A stretch of DNA of 64,000 nucleotides from Octopus vulgaris (lineage: Eukaryota). The notes below the pieces were generated by a model. The model had not been told where the DNA came from. It was given only the letters and a program-made list of their open reading frames with translations, and ran no database searches. A program made the translations under genes and the position numbers. The stretch is taken from NCBI GenBank assembly GCA_951406725.2, contig OX597814.1, positions 23,002,001 to 23,066,000 of the forward strand. Reading direction: 5' to 3'. Shown here in pieces: positions 52,618 to 62,853 of this stretch. The stretch's first letter is position 1. Every line of letters begins with the position of its first letter.

Positions 52618-52709
52618 TTAACCATATTGGTTAAGAGCATGGGCTACTAACCCCAAGATTCCAATTTTGATTCCAGGCAGTGACCTGAATAATAATAATA
52701 ATAATAATT

Positions 52710-54504
52710 AACGGCAGTAGCCCAACATGTCGTGTATGCCGACAACAAAATGAAACCATTGACCATGTTGTCTCCAAATGCAGTCTTCTAGCGTCTACAG
52801 AGTACCTCAGTAGGCATGATAGAGCTGCACAATATATTCACTGGGTAATTTGCAAAAACCTGAATTTGCCCCATGAAAAAAACTGGTGGGAACACAATCC
52901 ACCTCCTGTGCTTGAAAATGACCACATCTCACTCCTCTGGAACAGAAACAGAAACAGGATCGAAGCGATCAATGCATTAGCCATACCAGTCGTGACTTAC
53001 AGTTTCAATATTGTTAACTGGTCAATTACTGAAATATGTCAGCTCGACAAAAAAATAAGGAAACTGTTGACAATGCATAGAATGCACCACCCTAAGGCAG
53101 ATACAGAACGACTCTATCTGCCAAGAAAAGAGGGAGGCCGTGGTCTTTTGCAACTGGCAATAACAATGAAGATTGCTACAATTGGCCTAGACACCTACCT
53201 GAAAAACTCTGAGGACTGGATGTTAAAACTTGTCTCAAAACATGAAAACAAGAAAGCATCATACTCAGTAACAAAACAGGCAAAGGAATATCTAAGTGAA
53301 TTCCGAATACAACCAATTTCGAAATTAGAGATAGATATACAAGAAACAAGCACAGAAAAAGCTAGGCACATGAAAACCCGTGCCAAAAATGCGGTCTTAG
53401 ATATTCTGAATAATAAATGGCAAGAAAAACCTCTCTATGGCAAATACCCAAAGAGAGCGAATAATGCAGATATCGACAAAGCCCTGACCCATCAATGGCT
53501 AATGGCCTCTGGCTTAAAATCTGAAACAGAGGGGTTTATCATAGCAGCTCAAGATCAATGCCTACCAACAAGAAACTACCAGGCCAACATATTAAAGAAC
53601 GGCAGTAGCCCAACATGTCGTGTATGCCGACAACAAAATGAAACCATTGACCATGTTGTCTCCAAATGCAGTCTTCTAGCACCTACAGAGTACCTCAGTA
53701 GGCATGATAGAGCTGCACAATATATTCACTGGGTAATTTGCAAAAACCTGGATTTGCCCCATGAAAAAAACTGGTGGGAACACAATCCACCTCCTGTGCT
53801 TGAAAATGACCACATCTCACTCCTCTGGAACTTCACCATTCAAACTGACAGGAAGATAGATGCAAATAGGCCAGACATTATATTGAAAGACTTCAGACAA
53901 AGAACATGCCTCCTCATTGATATGACTGTCCCAATCGATATAAACATATCTGTCAAGACCTACCAAAAACTGAGCAAATATAAAGATCTTGAAATAGAAA
54001 TCAGCAAAATGTGGAAGCTGAAGACTAAAACAATACCTGTTGTCATAGGTGCCCTGGGAATGATAGTGAAAGGGACTGATTGCTACCTAACTCAGATACC
54101 AGGAAACCCCAAAATGGCAGAAATTCAAAAGATAGTGCTCATGGGAACTGCTCATATCCTACGCAAAATACTCTCTATGTAATCCGAAGGTTTAAAACAA
54201 ACTTTTTGTTTATTTATTTTTATTTTTATTTTATTTTTATTTTTATTTATTTTTATTTTTATTTATTTATTTATTTATTTTTTAAAATTTATTTATTTAT
54301 TTTTTAAAATTTATTTATTTATTTTTTAAAATTTATTTATTTATTTTTTATTTTTATGTATTAGACATTCACTAGTACAACACCAAAAAAAAAAAAAAAA
54401 AAACCCAAATATATGGCACAGAACTTCCAACCTGTTGTCTCTTGAGGTCTCTGGGTGACACTTGGAGCCAACTTGTACAGACATAAAGCAAAAGTCAAAC
54501 ATAG
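52710..54504 (+). mobile_element. Young 5'-truncated Dong/R4-type LINE (CCHC zinc knuckle plus PD..D REL endonuclease) with 3'UTR
   Basis: Uninterrupted frame 52710-54182: MHHPKADTERLY, CRVC..ETIDHVVSKC, RHD, NRPDII..IDMTVP..KYKDL..VIGALG. Flanked by (AAT)n. Confidence 0.95.
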
Positions 54505-54570
54505 AATAATAATAATAATAATATCGAAAAATACCTTAGGAATGAGAACCCAAGTTTGAAAGTTTCCCAA

Positions 54571-54612
54571 GACACTTGATGAAGGCGGGAGGGTATATCA
54601 GCCGAAACGTTA
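54571..54612 (+). ncRNA. Degenerate minimal hammerhead motif in the family H SINE tail
   Basis: GACAC-TTGATGA-A-GGCGG..TCAGCC-GAAAC-GTT. C3 is mutated and the 3' strand of stem I is missing in this copy. Confidence 0.5.
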
Positions 54613-54913
54613 ACAAACAAAATGAGGACAAATATAAATAATGTAAATAATGTAAATGAAAGATTTATCTATAAAAGAGTTATGTTCCAAATATCTTCTG
54701 TTACCATGCTTGCTATGTCTATTGAAGATATATGTCTCTTTCAAATTGATTAAAAGATTATATCTGGAACTTACTTTTTTACAGCAGAGGCCTTAAAAAC
54801 TATCTCCAGTGGTTGGCATGACAAGTTTCTCATTACCAACACTATAAAAACACAATTACTGTGTTTATTAAGAAAGAATTTCTGAAATTTATATAAAATT
54901 TATAAATATTATG

Positions 54914-54963
<50 letters not shown>

Positions 54964-55005
54964 CAATAATAATTCTCTAAACGAGATATAGACAGTGACT
55001 GCTCC

Positions 55006-55200
55006 ATAACATAAGGGACGTTAGCCATCTGAATGTGGCTAGGAACAGGGCAGGGCGGTGGGGGTGTTACTGATGCATTTAGCCCCAGGCGATCATCAGG
55101 AGGGCTGACGTTGATGATCGCCTGGGGCTAAATGCATCAGTAACACCCCCACTGCCCTGCCCTGTCCCTAGCCACATTCAGATGGCTAACGTCCCTTATG

Positions 55201-55204
<4 letters not shown>
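55006..55204. repeat. 93-bp-arm inverted repeat (13-nt loop) between TA runs
   Basis: 55006-55098 versus 55112-55204, with only two non-Watson-Crick positions. Confidence 0.95.
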
Positions 55205-55239
<35 letters not shown>

Positions 55240-55722
55240 ATATTTTATAGAGGGCAAAATTACACATAGATGCCACACGCTAGGAGGGACTTTTAAAGTC
55301 AAAACTACCAAAATAAACAAATTGTACCGAATGCAATCTTCGAAGCAGGTCATTTAAAAACAGAATTTAGTTACATATCACCTGTGATTTCGCAATCAAT
55401 GCAGTATATGCATTTTATGTTCTTCAGTGCAACGAACTCAAGACATGTATTAATAAACAAACACAACATACCAGATAAGCAGCCGCAGCATTCATCGCAG
55501 TATGTAGGAATGTTTATCCTTACATATCTATTTAAATAGCAGTCTTTTCGAACTGCATTTCGGTAACAACGTGCTTACTCAGAACAAAATTCAGTACTGA
55601 ATTATTCCGGTGAAAAATATAAATTTAAAAATAGGATAAAATCTTCATAAGAAATTATCAGGTAGTTAGCGTGAAAAAACCTCGTAAGAGAAAAAATCTG
55701 TAAATTTTTTCAATTTATAAAT
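55240..55722 (-). mobile_element. Non-coding PLE pLTR-like element adjoining (TA)n
   Basis: CpG-retaining unique block between microsatellites that contains a hammerhead motif. Confidence 0.55.
55370..55433 (-). ncRNA. Type I hammerhead ribozyme motif
   Basis: Minus strand: GTTGCA-CTGAAGA-ACATAAAATGCA(TATAC)TGCATTGATTGC-GAAA-TCAC(AG)GTG-ATA-TGTAAC. Intact core, 6-bp stem I, complete stem III and an AUA cleavage triplet. Confidence 0.82.
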
Positions 55723-55723
<1 letters not shown>

Positions 55724-55760
<37 letters not shown>

Positions 55761-55933
55761 CATTTAACGTCCATTTTCCATGCTAGCATTAGTTGGACGG
55801 TTCAACCAGGGTCTGGGAAGTCAGGAGGCTGCACCAGGCTTCAGTCTGATCTGACAGTGTTTCTACAGCTGGATGCCCTTCCTAATGCCAACCACTCCGT
55901 GAGTGTAGTGGGTGCTTTTTATGTGCCACCAGC

Positions 55934-55935
<2 letters not shown>
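55724..55935 (-). mobile_element. Family F (RTE 3'UTR-type) copy
   Basis: (CAT)n followed by the reverse complement of the terminal module. Confidence 0.85.
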
Positions 55936-55991
<56 letters not shown>

Positions 55992-55999
55992 TTTCTTAA

Positions 56000-56197
56000 A
56001 TAGGCACAAGGCTGAAAATTTGTGGTAGGTCGAGTGGAATTAGCCAATGAAATCAACTCTAGTACTTGACTGATATGTACTTTATTCAGATAGATGAAAA
56101 GCAAAGTTATCTTTTGTGAGATTTGAACTTAGAATGTAGATACCTGTAACTAAATACTGCAAGTATTTTTGTCTAATGCCTTAATGATTCTGCCAAT
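56000..56197 (-). mobile_element. SINE family B copy (old)
   Basis: TAGGCACAAGGC..GATTTGAACTTAGAATG..GATTCTGCCA on the plus strand. Confidence 0.65.
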
Positions 56198-57267
56198 TCA
56201 ATAGAATTGAATATCAAATGCTAAGTCTTAAACACTTTGCAATAATTTGCTATATTTTGAAATGTGCAGTACTGTTGTCATTGTTGCTGTTACTGTTTAG
56301 TGTTATGGTAGCTCTATTGAAGTGATGATCATCTAATATTTAAAGCATAGTGCATTCAGGACTATCTTATCTTAGATGCTCGCATCTATTTTTAAGTAAG
56401 GGATGATTTGTGGAACATTTTGTTGCTGCCATTTCTAGCAAGTTAAGGAACCACACAGAAGCACCCTTTTGGGCTGAACTAGTCTATACAGTCAAGCTTC
56501 ATTTATATGATCTCTGTTGGTCCAGCAGATTGTTTAGCATTTTTGTTGAGTTCCACCAACTTCTTTTTTGTTTCTCTTTCCCTTAAGTGCTGTCACAGAC
56601 TGCCAATGCCAGTCCGGCACTGATTACAATCTAGGTAAAAAGAACAGCGGTTAGTGCCTATGATATTTTGTATCTGCTTTTATCTACTTACATGTTGTCC
56701 ATCCATTAGTGAAAATGTTTTCCAATGTTAACAAGAATAACTATCTTGAGAAAAGAGTGAAAAAGAAAGCATGGAACTCTAATATGGCACCAAAAAATTG
56801 AAATAATTCAGCTTCTGAAAAAAGGTAAACACTGGAATGCGACCATTTAAGAATATAATGTAATTTCCTCAATGCTTAATGACAATAAAAAAAGAGAAAG
56901 ACTAGTTAATGCAATTTATGGCTGGTTCAGAGACAAGTAAATAAATGTTGATGTGTGGCAAACATTAAAAGAATCAAAATTGTCAGAGCTATATATAATG
57001 TTATTTAAATGGTTTTAATACAAATCAGCCATGGGTTATTGAAAAGACCAAGCAGTTTCACATAATTATGGTTATTGCAAAGAATTGTGTGTTTACACTT
57101 AGGTAGTTTTGAAAATTAAATACAATATGACAGAAAATATTATTTGTTTGATGAAGATCTGGCGGATATTGAGGTTATTGGAAAAACGGTTACATATTTG
57201 AGGACCAAGTTAAAACATGACTTAATTCCATTGCAAATTTATAATGTGGCTAAAAGAAGGTCACTTA

Positions 57268-57557
57268 AATAGCATTCAGTACACACTGTAAAGTGGCTGC
57301 ATTTGGAAGGGCATCTAACTGTAAACACCTTGCCAAAACTGACCTTGTCTGTGCTTGTGCTATGTAAAAAGCACTAAGTTCACTCTACTGAGTGGATGGT
57401 GTTAGGGAGAACATCCAGCTGTAAAAAATCTTGCCCAAACTGTCACAGAAGTATGGTGCAGGCATCTGCCTGGCCAGCTCCTGTCAAACTGTCCCACTCA
57501 TGCCAGCATGGAAGACGAATGTTAAACGATAATAATGATGATGATGATGATGAGGAT
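57268..57557 (+). mobile_element. Family F-related copy with duplicated terminal module
   Basis: GGAAGGGCATC/GGGAGAACATCCAGCTGT occurs twice, then GCCAGCATGGAAG..GTTAAACGAT(GAT)n. Confidence 0.75.
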
Positions 57558-57705
57558 GTTTAGGGTAGCAAAAACATGACATATCTTACAGGCTTTAATC
57601 CTTTAGCATTCAAACCAGCCAGATCTGGCCTCTCACCTCAACCCTACAATGTCATTTTAAAACTAAATTATCACATCGTTGAAATCTCAAAACAACAAGA
57701 TAATG

Positions 57706-57853
57706 TACAGTATTTACATTTGACAGATATTTGTCTTCATCGTGTTTGCTGTTAACACAGTGTTTCAGCTAATACACTCTCTAGCCTTCATCAGGTGTCT
57801 TGGGGAAATTTCAAACCTGGGCTCTCATTCCTAAGGTATTTTCAATGTTGTTA

Positions 57854-57917
<64 letters not shown>

Positions 57918-58026
57918 CATCATCATCATCATCATCATCATCATTCAGGTCACTGCCTGAAATTGAACTCAGAATCTTGGAGTTAGTAACCCTCACTCTT
58001 AACCACTATGCCAGATGCCCATGGGC
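57706..58026 (-). mobile_element. tRNA-headed SINE (family H) with internal (AAT/GAT)n and a 3' hammerhead-like motif
   Basis: A box TGGCATAGTGG, B-box-like GAGTTCAATTTC, microsatellite, then GACAC-CTGATGA-A-GGCTAG..TTAGCT-GAAAC-ACT-GTGTT (57754-57799). Confidence 0.82.
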
Positions 58027-58107
58027 AACATAATGGATGATTAAATGAAAGCAATTTGAATAAATAAGCATTACAGTACACTTGACAGAGTAATCTGAAT
58101 ACTAAAG

Positions 58108-58450
58108 AATTGGAGGAGATCCCCTTCGGTCATGAATGACCATGCGATTGCACCTAGAAAGTTAACCTCTGAGGCAGTAGTCAGAGCAAGATTGTTTGTG
58201 GAAGATTAGCAGTCGCCCATGCATACCAGCCTCTCCTCTCCACACCACTGATATTATCCAAGGGAAAGGCAAAGGCCGATACAGCTTGACACCAGTGATG
58301 TCGCAACTCATTTCTACAGCTGAGTGAACTGGGGCAATGTGAAATAAAGTGTCTTGCTCAAGAACACAACACACAGCCCAGTAGGGAATCGAACTCACAA
58401 CCTCATGATCGTAAGCTCTACGCTCTTACCACTGACTCATGTGCCTTCAC
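58108..58450 (-). mobile_element. SINE family D copy
   Basis: B box GAGTTCGATTCCC on the minus strand. 7-bp TSD ACTAAAG (58101, 58451). Confidence 0.88.
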
Positions 58451-59544
58451 ACTAAAGGATTAACTTAATAAATTTAGTACATGTGCCAATGCTAGAAGCT
58501 GAAGCTTCTTGCTATTGGGGAGCATAAAGACCCTATGGCATACAAGGAATGAGCACTTTGAGCTGTTATTGCCAGACGAAATGCTTTGCAGTAGTTCTTC
58601 TGTCTCTTTTGGCTCTCACTTCAAATTCCACAAAAGTCAATTTTACCTCTCCTCCTTTCAGGATCAATGAAATATAGTACCAGACAAATACTGGGTTCAA
58701 TAATATATACTACCCCCCTTCAAAATTGCTGTCCTTGTACCTAAATCAGAAACCATTCTTATCATTATCAATTCTCAAAGTGTACATAATTATTCAATTT
58801 GTTCCAAAGCCAGACTATAATTATAGCATTACCACATGAAATTTTCTCTGAGGCACATGATAAAAAGAATTATAATTACTTGAGAAAGGCATGCCCTGGA
58901 TACCCAAGGTTGGGCAAAACAAAGAAAGCTTGTTTTACAGACATTTTCTGATTTATTTAAATGCACATTTTCACTTTAAAAATGACTACCAAGTCAAAAA
59001 TTGAATGAGATAAAACATTCCTTTACAAATGGAAAACGTCATACAAAACAAAATACATAACTATATGAAGAAAAAGAAAAAGAAAAACAGAACATTTAAA
59101 TGAAAAGTTAATAGATTGAATATTCTAAACCATTTAACAGATTGTTTTGAAAAAAAGCAATAACAATATCACTAGTAATGACAGCTGTGCTAAAGCTAAT
59201 CTTGCTCAATCCTAACACACAAAAAAAAACTTTTTGGACATAACACTGATGAAAGACAAAGCTATAGTTGGAAGAATTTTGTAAAATACCACAGAATTTT
59301 TTCTTTTTTTTTTGCTGTATAATTTAATCAAGAGAGTGTTAAGAAAATATTACATTTCTGTGCATTTGAAAAGATAGAGGTGGACTACAGATACCCTCAT
59401 GACAAAAAGTACATCAAGTACATCAAGTGACTCAAGGTGTCTAGGAAGAAAACTTCTCAACTTTTAAAGAAAAAGTTATAACACTATCTTTTCAAGTCAA
59501 GTTACTGGTTGAAATTGTTGGACATATCATAAATCATTTTCTGT

Positions 59545-59740
59545 TATAGGTACAAGGTCTGAAATTTTGTTAGTGGGGATAGTCAACTATACCAACCCCA
59601 ATGCTGAACTGTTACCTATTTCATCGACCCTGAAATGAAGGACATCAATGCCAACCCAAGCAGAATTTCAGCTTAGAGCATAATGCTGGAAAAAATGTCC
59701 CTAAGTATTTTATCTGATGTGCTAATGATGCTGCCTTTTT
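59545..59740 (-). mobile_element. SINE family B copy (old); another old copy at 58575-58757 (+)
   Basis: TAGGTACAAGG..TTTCATCGACCC..GCAGAATTTCAGCTTAGA. Confidence 0.6.
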
Positions 59741-60794
59741 GTTACCGTTGGGCATAACATACATGGCACCAGAAATGCTGTAGATCTATGGCTGGTCATC
59801 ACTTTTGTATGATAGTATAGGTAAGTGGTTTAAGCAGGACTAATGAGAGGTGTTATGTGGTCAGGGAACATCAAAATAGATCCTCAAAGACCATAATGTA
59901 TCTGTACCCACTTGAGGGCACCAAGACAAAGAGCATGAAATTGATGATGTAGGACAAAAAACATAGTTACTATATTTATCCCAGTAGGAATCTCTTTAGA
60001 GCTTCTTGTTCTGAAGAACTAGAAAGCACAGGCAAGAAGTTCAGAAATGGAAGTAATGGAAACCAGCTGAGATAGCAATAAGAACAATAAGACTCAGTTT
60101 CCAGAGCACCATCAATCAATGCTTTAGAAAAAGCAAGAGAAATTGCTTTATGCCCGGCCTTGGAAACATGTGAGAAAACATTTTGTACCTTAACAATAAC
60201 AATCCATAGCACTTCTTTGTCATGTGATGAAGAATAAATAATGGTTGTTGAGGAAAGTGAACAAACAGTGAAATAAAGCACAAAAGGAGGAAACAGGCAA
60301 AAAACATTCACACAAAAAAAAAAATATAAGAAAACTAATATGGATGAGGAGAAGCAGCTTCCTGAAAACAACAATGATGCTTCTTTCAAAAAATTATGCA
60401 AATGATGAAGTGCAGGATGAAGAACTAAACTTTACTGTTCATCAAAAATCAGGAAATTTAAAGATAAACTCACACACCTGTGGTGTAATGGATATTCTTA
60501 TTAATTAAAACTAATACAGGTACAGTTAAATTTGGTATATAAGCAACATGCAAACGATAGATAACTAATAAAAACAAAATAAAACACTATACCAAACTTT
60601 TAACATCATACCTGAAGATGTTGGTGTTTCTCAATGCCAACCAACTCAAAGATTTTTTACCAGAGCTTTTGGGTGTACAAGACAATATGATCAATGACAA
60701 GCAGAGATATGGGATTTTCTAGCTCAACCTTGCTAGTAATTTTTTATATTTATTTCCATTAATAACATCATGTTTCAACTATTGTTTGATCAGA

Positions 60795-61322
60795 GATACC
60801 CATCATGACTACCTGTATACCCATGAAGCCCAGTATACCCATCATGGCTACCCATCTGATAAGGGTACACTAAGCACATGCATCACATATGCGCATGACA
60901 TGGTGATCTTATATTAGGATAAACAGCACATGATCTTGCAAGTAGGTCCCAGTTAGAATTTTCTTTAGGTAGTGTAGCCCATCTCACTCAAAATGTCCCT
61001 GAATAAGGGTTATTTAAGGATGTTGAATGAAACACCCATATTTCCAGAGAGGAATTATTCAAGCCCCAAAGAATTCCTCTCAACACATAGCTGTGATGCT
61101 CCCCCACTACTTCTGCTCGTGATCAGAGATGCACATATCGTCAGCCACCAAAGGACATGCTTAACTGGTTAAAATCAAGCAACTGATAAGCAAATCTGTG
61201 GTATTGAGTGGAATATATGCTGCAGCCCATCTTTTACACCAAGACAAAGCATTTACATGATAATATTTCCAATCAGTTAAGATCAGAAGCCATGAGAGCC
61301 AGTGCCTGGTGCTGAATCAGCC
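60795..61322. repeat. Unclassified GC-richer block, probable interspersed repeat
   Basis: Sharp compositional boundaries, a local TACCCATCATG duplication, and a (TAT)n run at one end. Only one copy in the window. Confidence 0.35.
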
Positions 61323-62504
61323 CAATTATTATTATTATTATTATTATTATCATCATTATTATTATTGGTTGATAAAATATTTAAGGGGTTGTGTAATTGA
61401 CTAGCTTCCTCCCCCACAAAATTTCAGACCTTGTGCCTATAGCAAGAAAAAGAAGAGTCATCATTGTCATCTCACCACCACCATCATCATCGTCATCATC
61501 ATTACTGCAAGAAAAGGATACATTTCAGAATGTTTTGTTGTTTACACTATTCTTAAGCAAAAGACCGGGTGATAATGACTTGAATGACTTTGATGATAAC
61601 TTTTTTTTCAATCAGGTCCACCTCTGGTGTAAAACAACAACTGACATCTATTTTATTTGTCACTCATACACGGAAGATACTTCAACTAATGAAGTATTTG
61701 AACTCAAATCAAATTAGATTATATACACCACCACCACCACTTTTGCAATCACTTTGTAATTAATCTAAAATACTTGTTTGTGAAAGTTCCTTCTTTTTTA
61801 GTCATTCATTTTACAATGAAAATATAATACTTTACGACCAGGTGGGAATTTTCAGCTAGTTATAATTTGCTCCTTTCTTTTATTGAAATATGCTGTGAGA
61901 AAATAGAGATTACAATCTGAATAAATCCTTGAAACTCTTCACAGGCCTTTTGTTTTTCTCTCATTAGTATAATAACAAAACGCGGTGAGTTTTTGTTTCA
62001 AAATATTGACCTTGCATTTATAATTATTACCATCATGGTTATATATATCATGAAATATTCCCATAATTTGCAAATTAATTATTCATTATATGCATATCTT
62101 CTTATGTATATGTGTATATATATTTGAATCGTACATACACACATACATGTATGTATGAGTTTCTATTGTTTTACTGATTCCTTTTTCCCAATGCACAAGT
62201 GTTGCTGACAGTATAAATACCAAATTTCACTGAGAATCTTCGTAGGTAAAGTTAAATATCAGCTACCAACAGACGCCATCTGGTAAGTAGTTGACTAATT
62301 TAATTGATATTTTAGCTACTATTTCTTATAACAAATTTCTCCTTCTGCATTAAATTTGCCATCAAATTTGTCACTGATTTTAAAATTTCATAATATTCCT
62401 AGTAAGGTTTATTTAATACAATAAGTATGCATCTGATTTTATACATACATAGATCACACACTGTCACAGACAGACACACACACATATATAGATATAGGTA
62501 TATA

Positions 62505-62509
62505 CAGAT

Positions 62510-62580
<71 letters not shown>

Positions 62581-62581
62581 T
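62505..62581. repeat. (GATA)n microsatellite
   Basis: Directly visible. Confidence 0.95.
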
Positions 62582-62649
62582 GTGCATTATGCATATACAT
62601 GTGTGTATACCTATGTGTATGCATGAGAGTGCACATGTGTGCGTGTTTG

Positions 62650-62853
62650 TACACCACCACTGCTTGAAAACTGTTGTTGGTTTGCTTAGGTCTCCATAAC
62701 TTAGTAACTTGGTACAAGAGACTGATATAAAATGTACCTGAGCTTATGAAACTGAATTCTAAGGGCGATTCAATTGACTAAAAGTTTTCAAGACAGTGCT
62801 CTAGCATGGCTGTAGTCTAATGATTGAAAGAAATAAAAGATAAAAGATAAGAT
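62650..62853 (+). mobile_element. Degraded SINE family A 3' half
   Basis: CCATAACTTAG..GACTAAA..GTGCTCTAGCATGGC..AAAAGATAAAAGA tail. Confidence 0.65.

Larger units (their letters stand above)
52620..54657 (+). mobile_element. tRNA-headed SINE (family H) split by a Dong/R4 LINE: head 52620-52709, tail 54505-54657
   Basis: The two halves rejoin to match the uninterrupted minus-strand copy at 57706-58026. Confidence 0.85.
57599..58459. mobile_element. piggyBac-type MITE carrying two nested SINEs
   Basis: TTAA|TCCTTTAG ... CTAAAGGA|TTAA (57595-57598, 58460-58463). Confidence 0.75.

Noticed and set aside
52866-54182. 438-aa ORF as a host gene
   Set aside because: It is a truncated retrotransposon ORF lacking RT and a true start codon.
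55085-55105. CTGATGA on the minus strand at the loop of the long hairpin
   Set aside because: No downstream GAAA or stem III, so it is not a hammerhead.
59976-60401. 141-aa hydrophobic minus-strand ORF
   Set aside because: It is the antisense of an A-rich stretch with no motif or splice support.
60610-60650. CTGAAGA followed by a GTTGG..CCAAC hairpin as a hammerhead
   Set aside because: No GAAA box or stem III follows.
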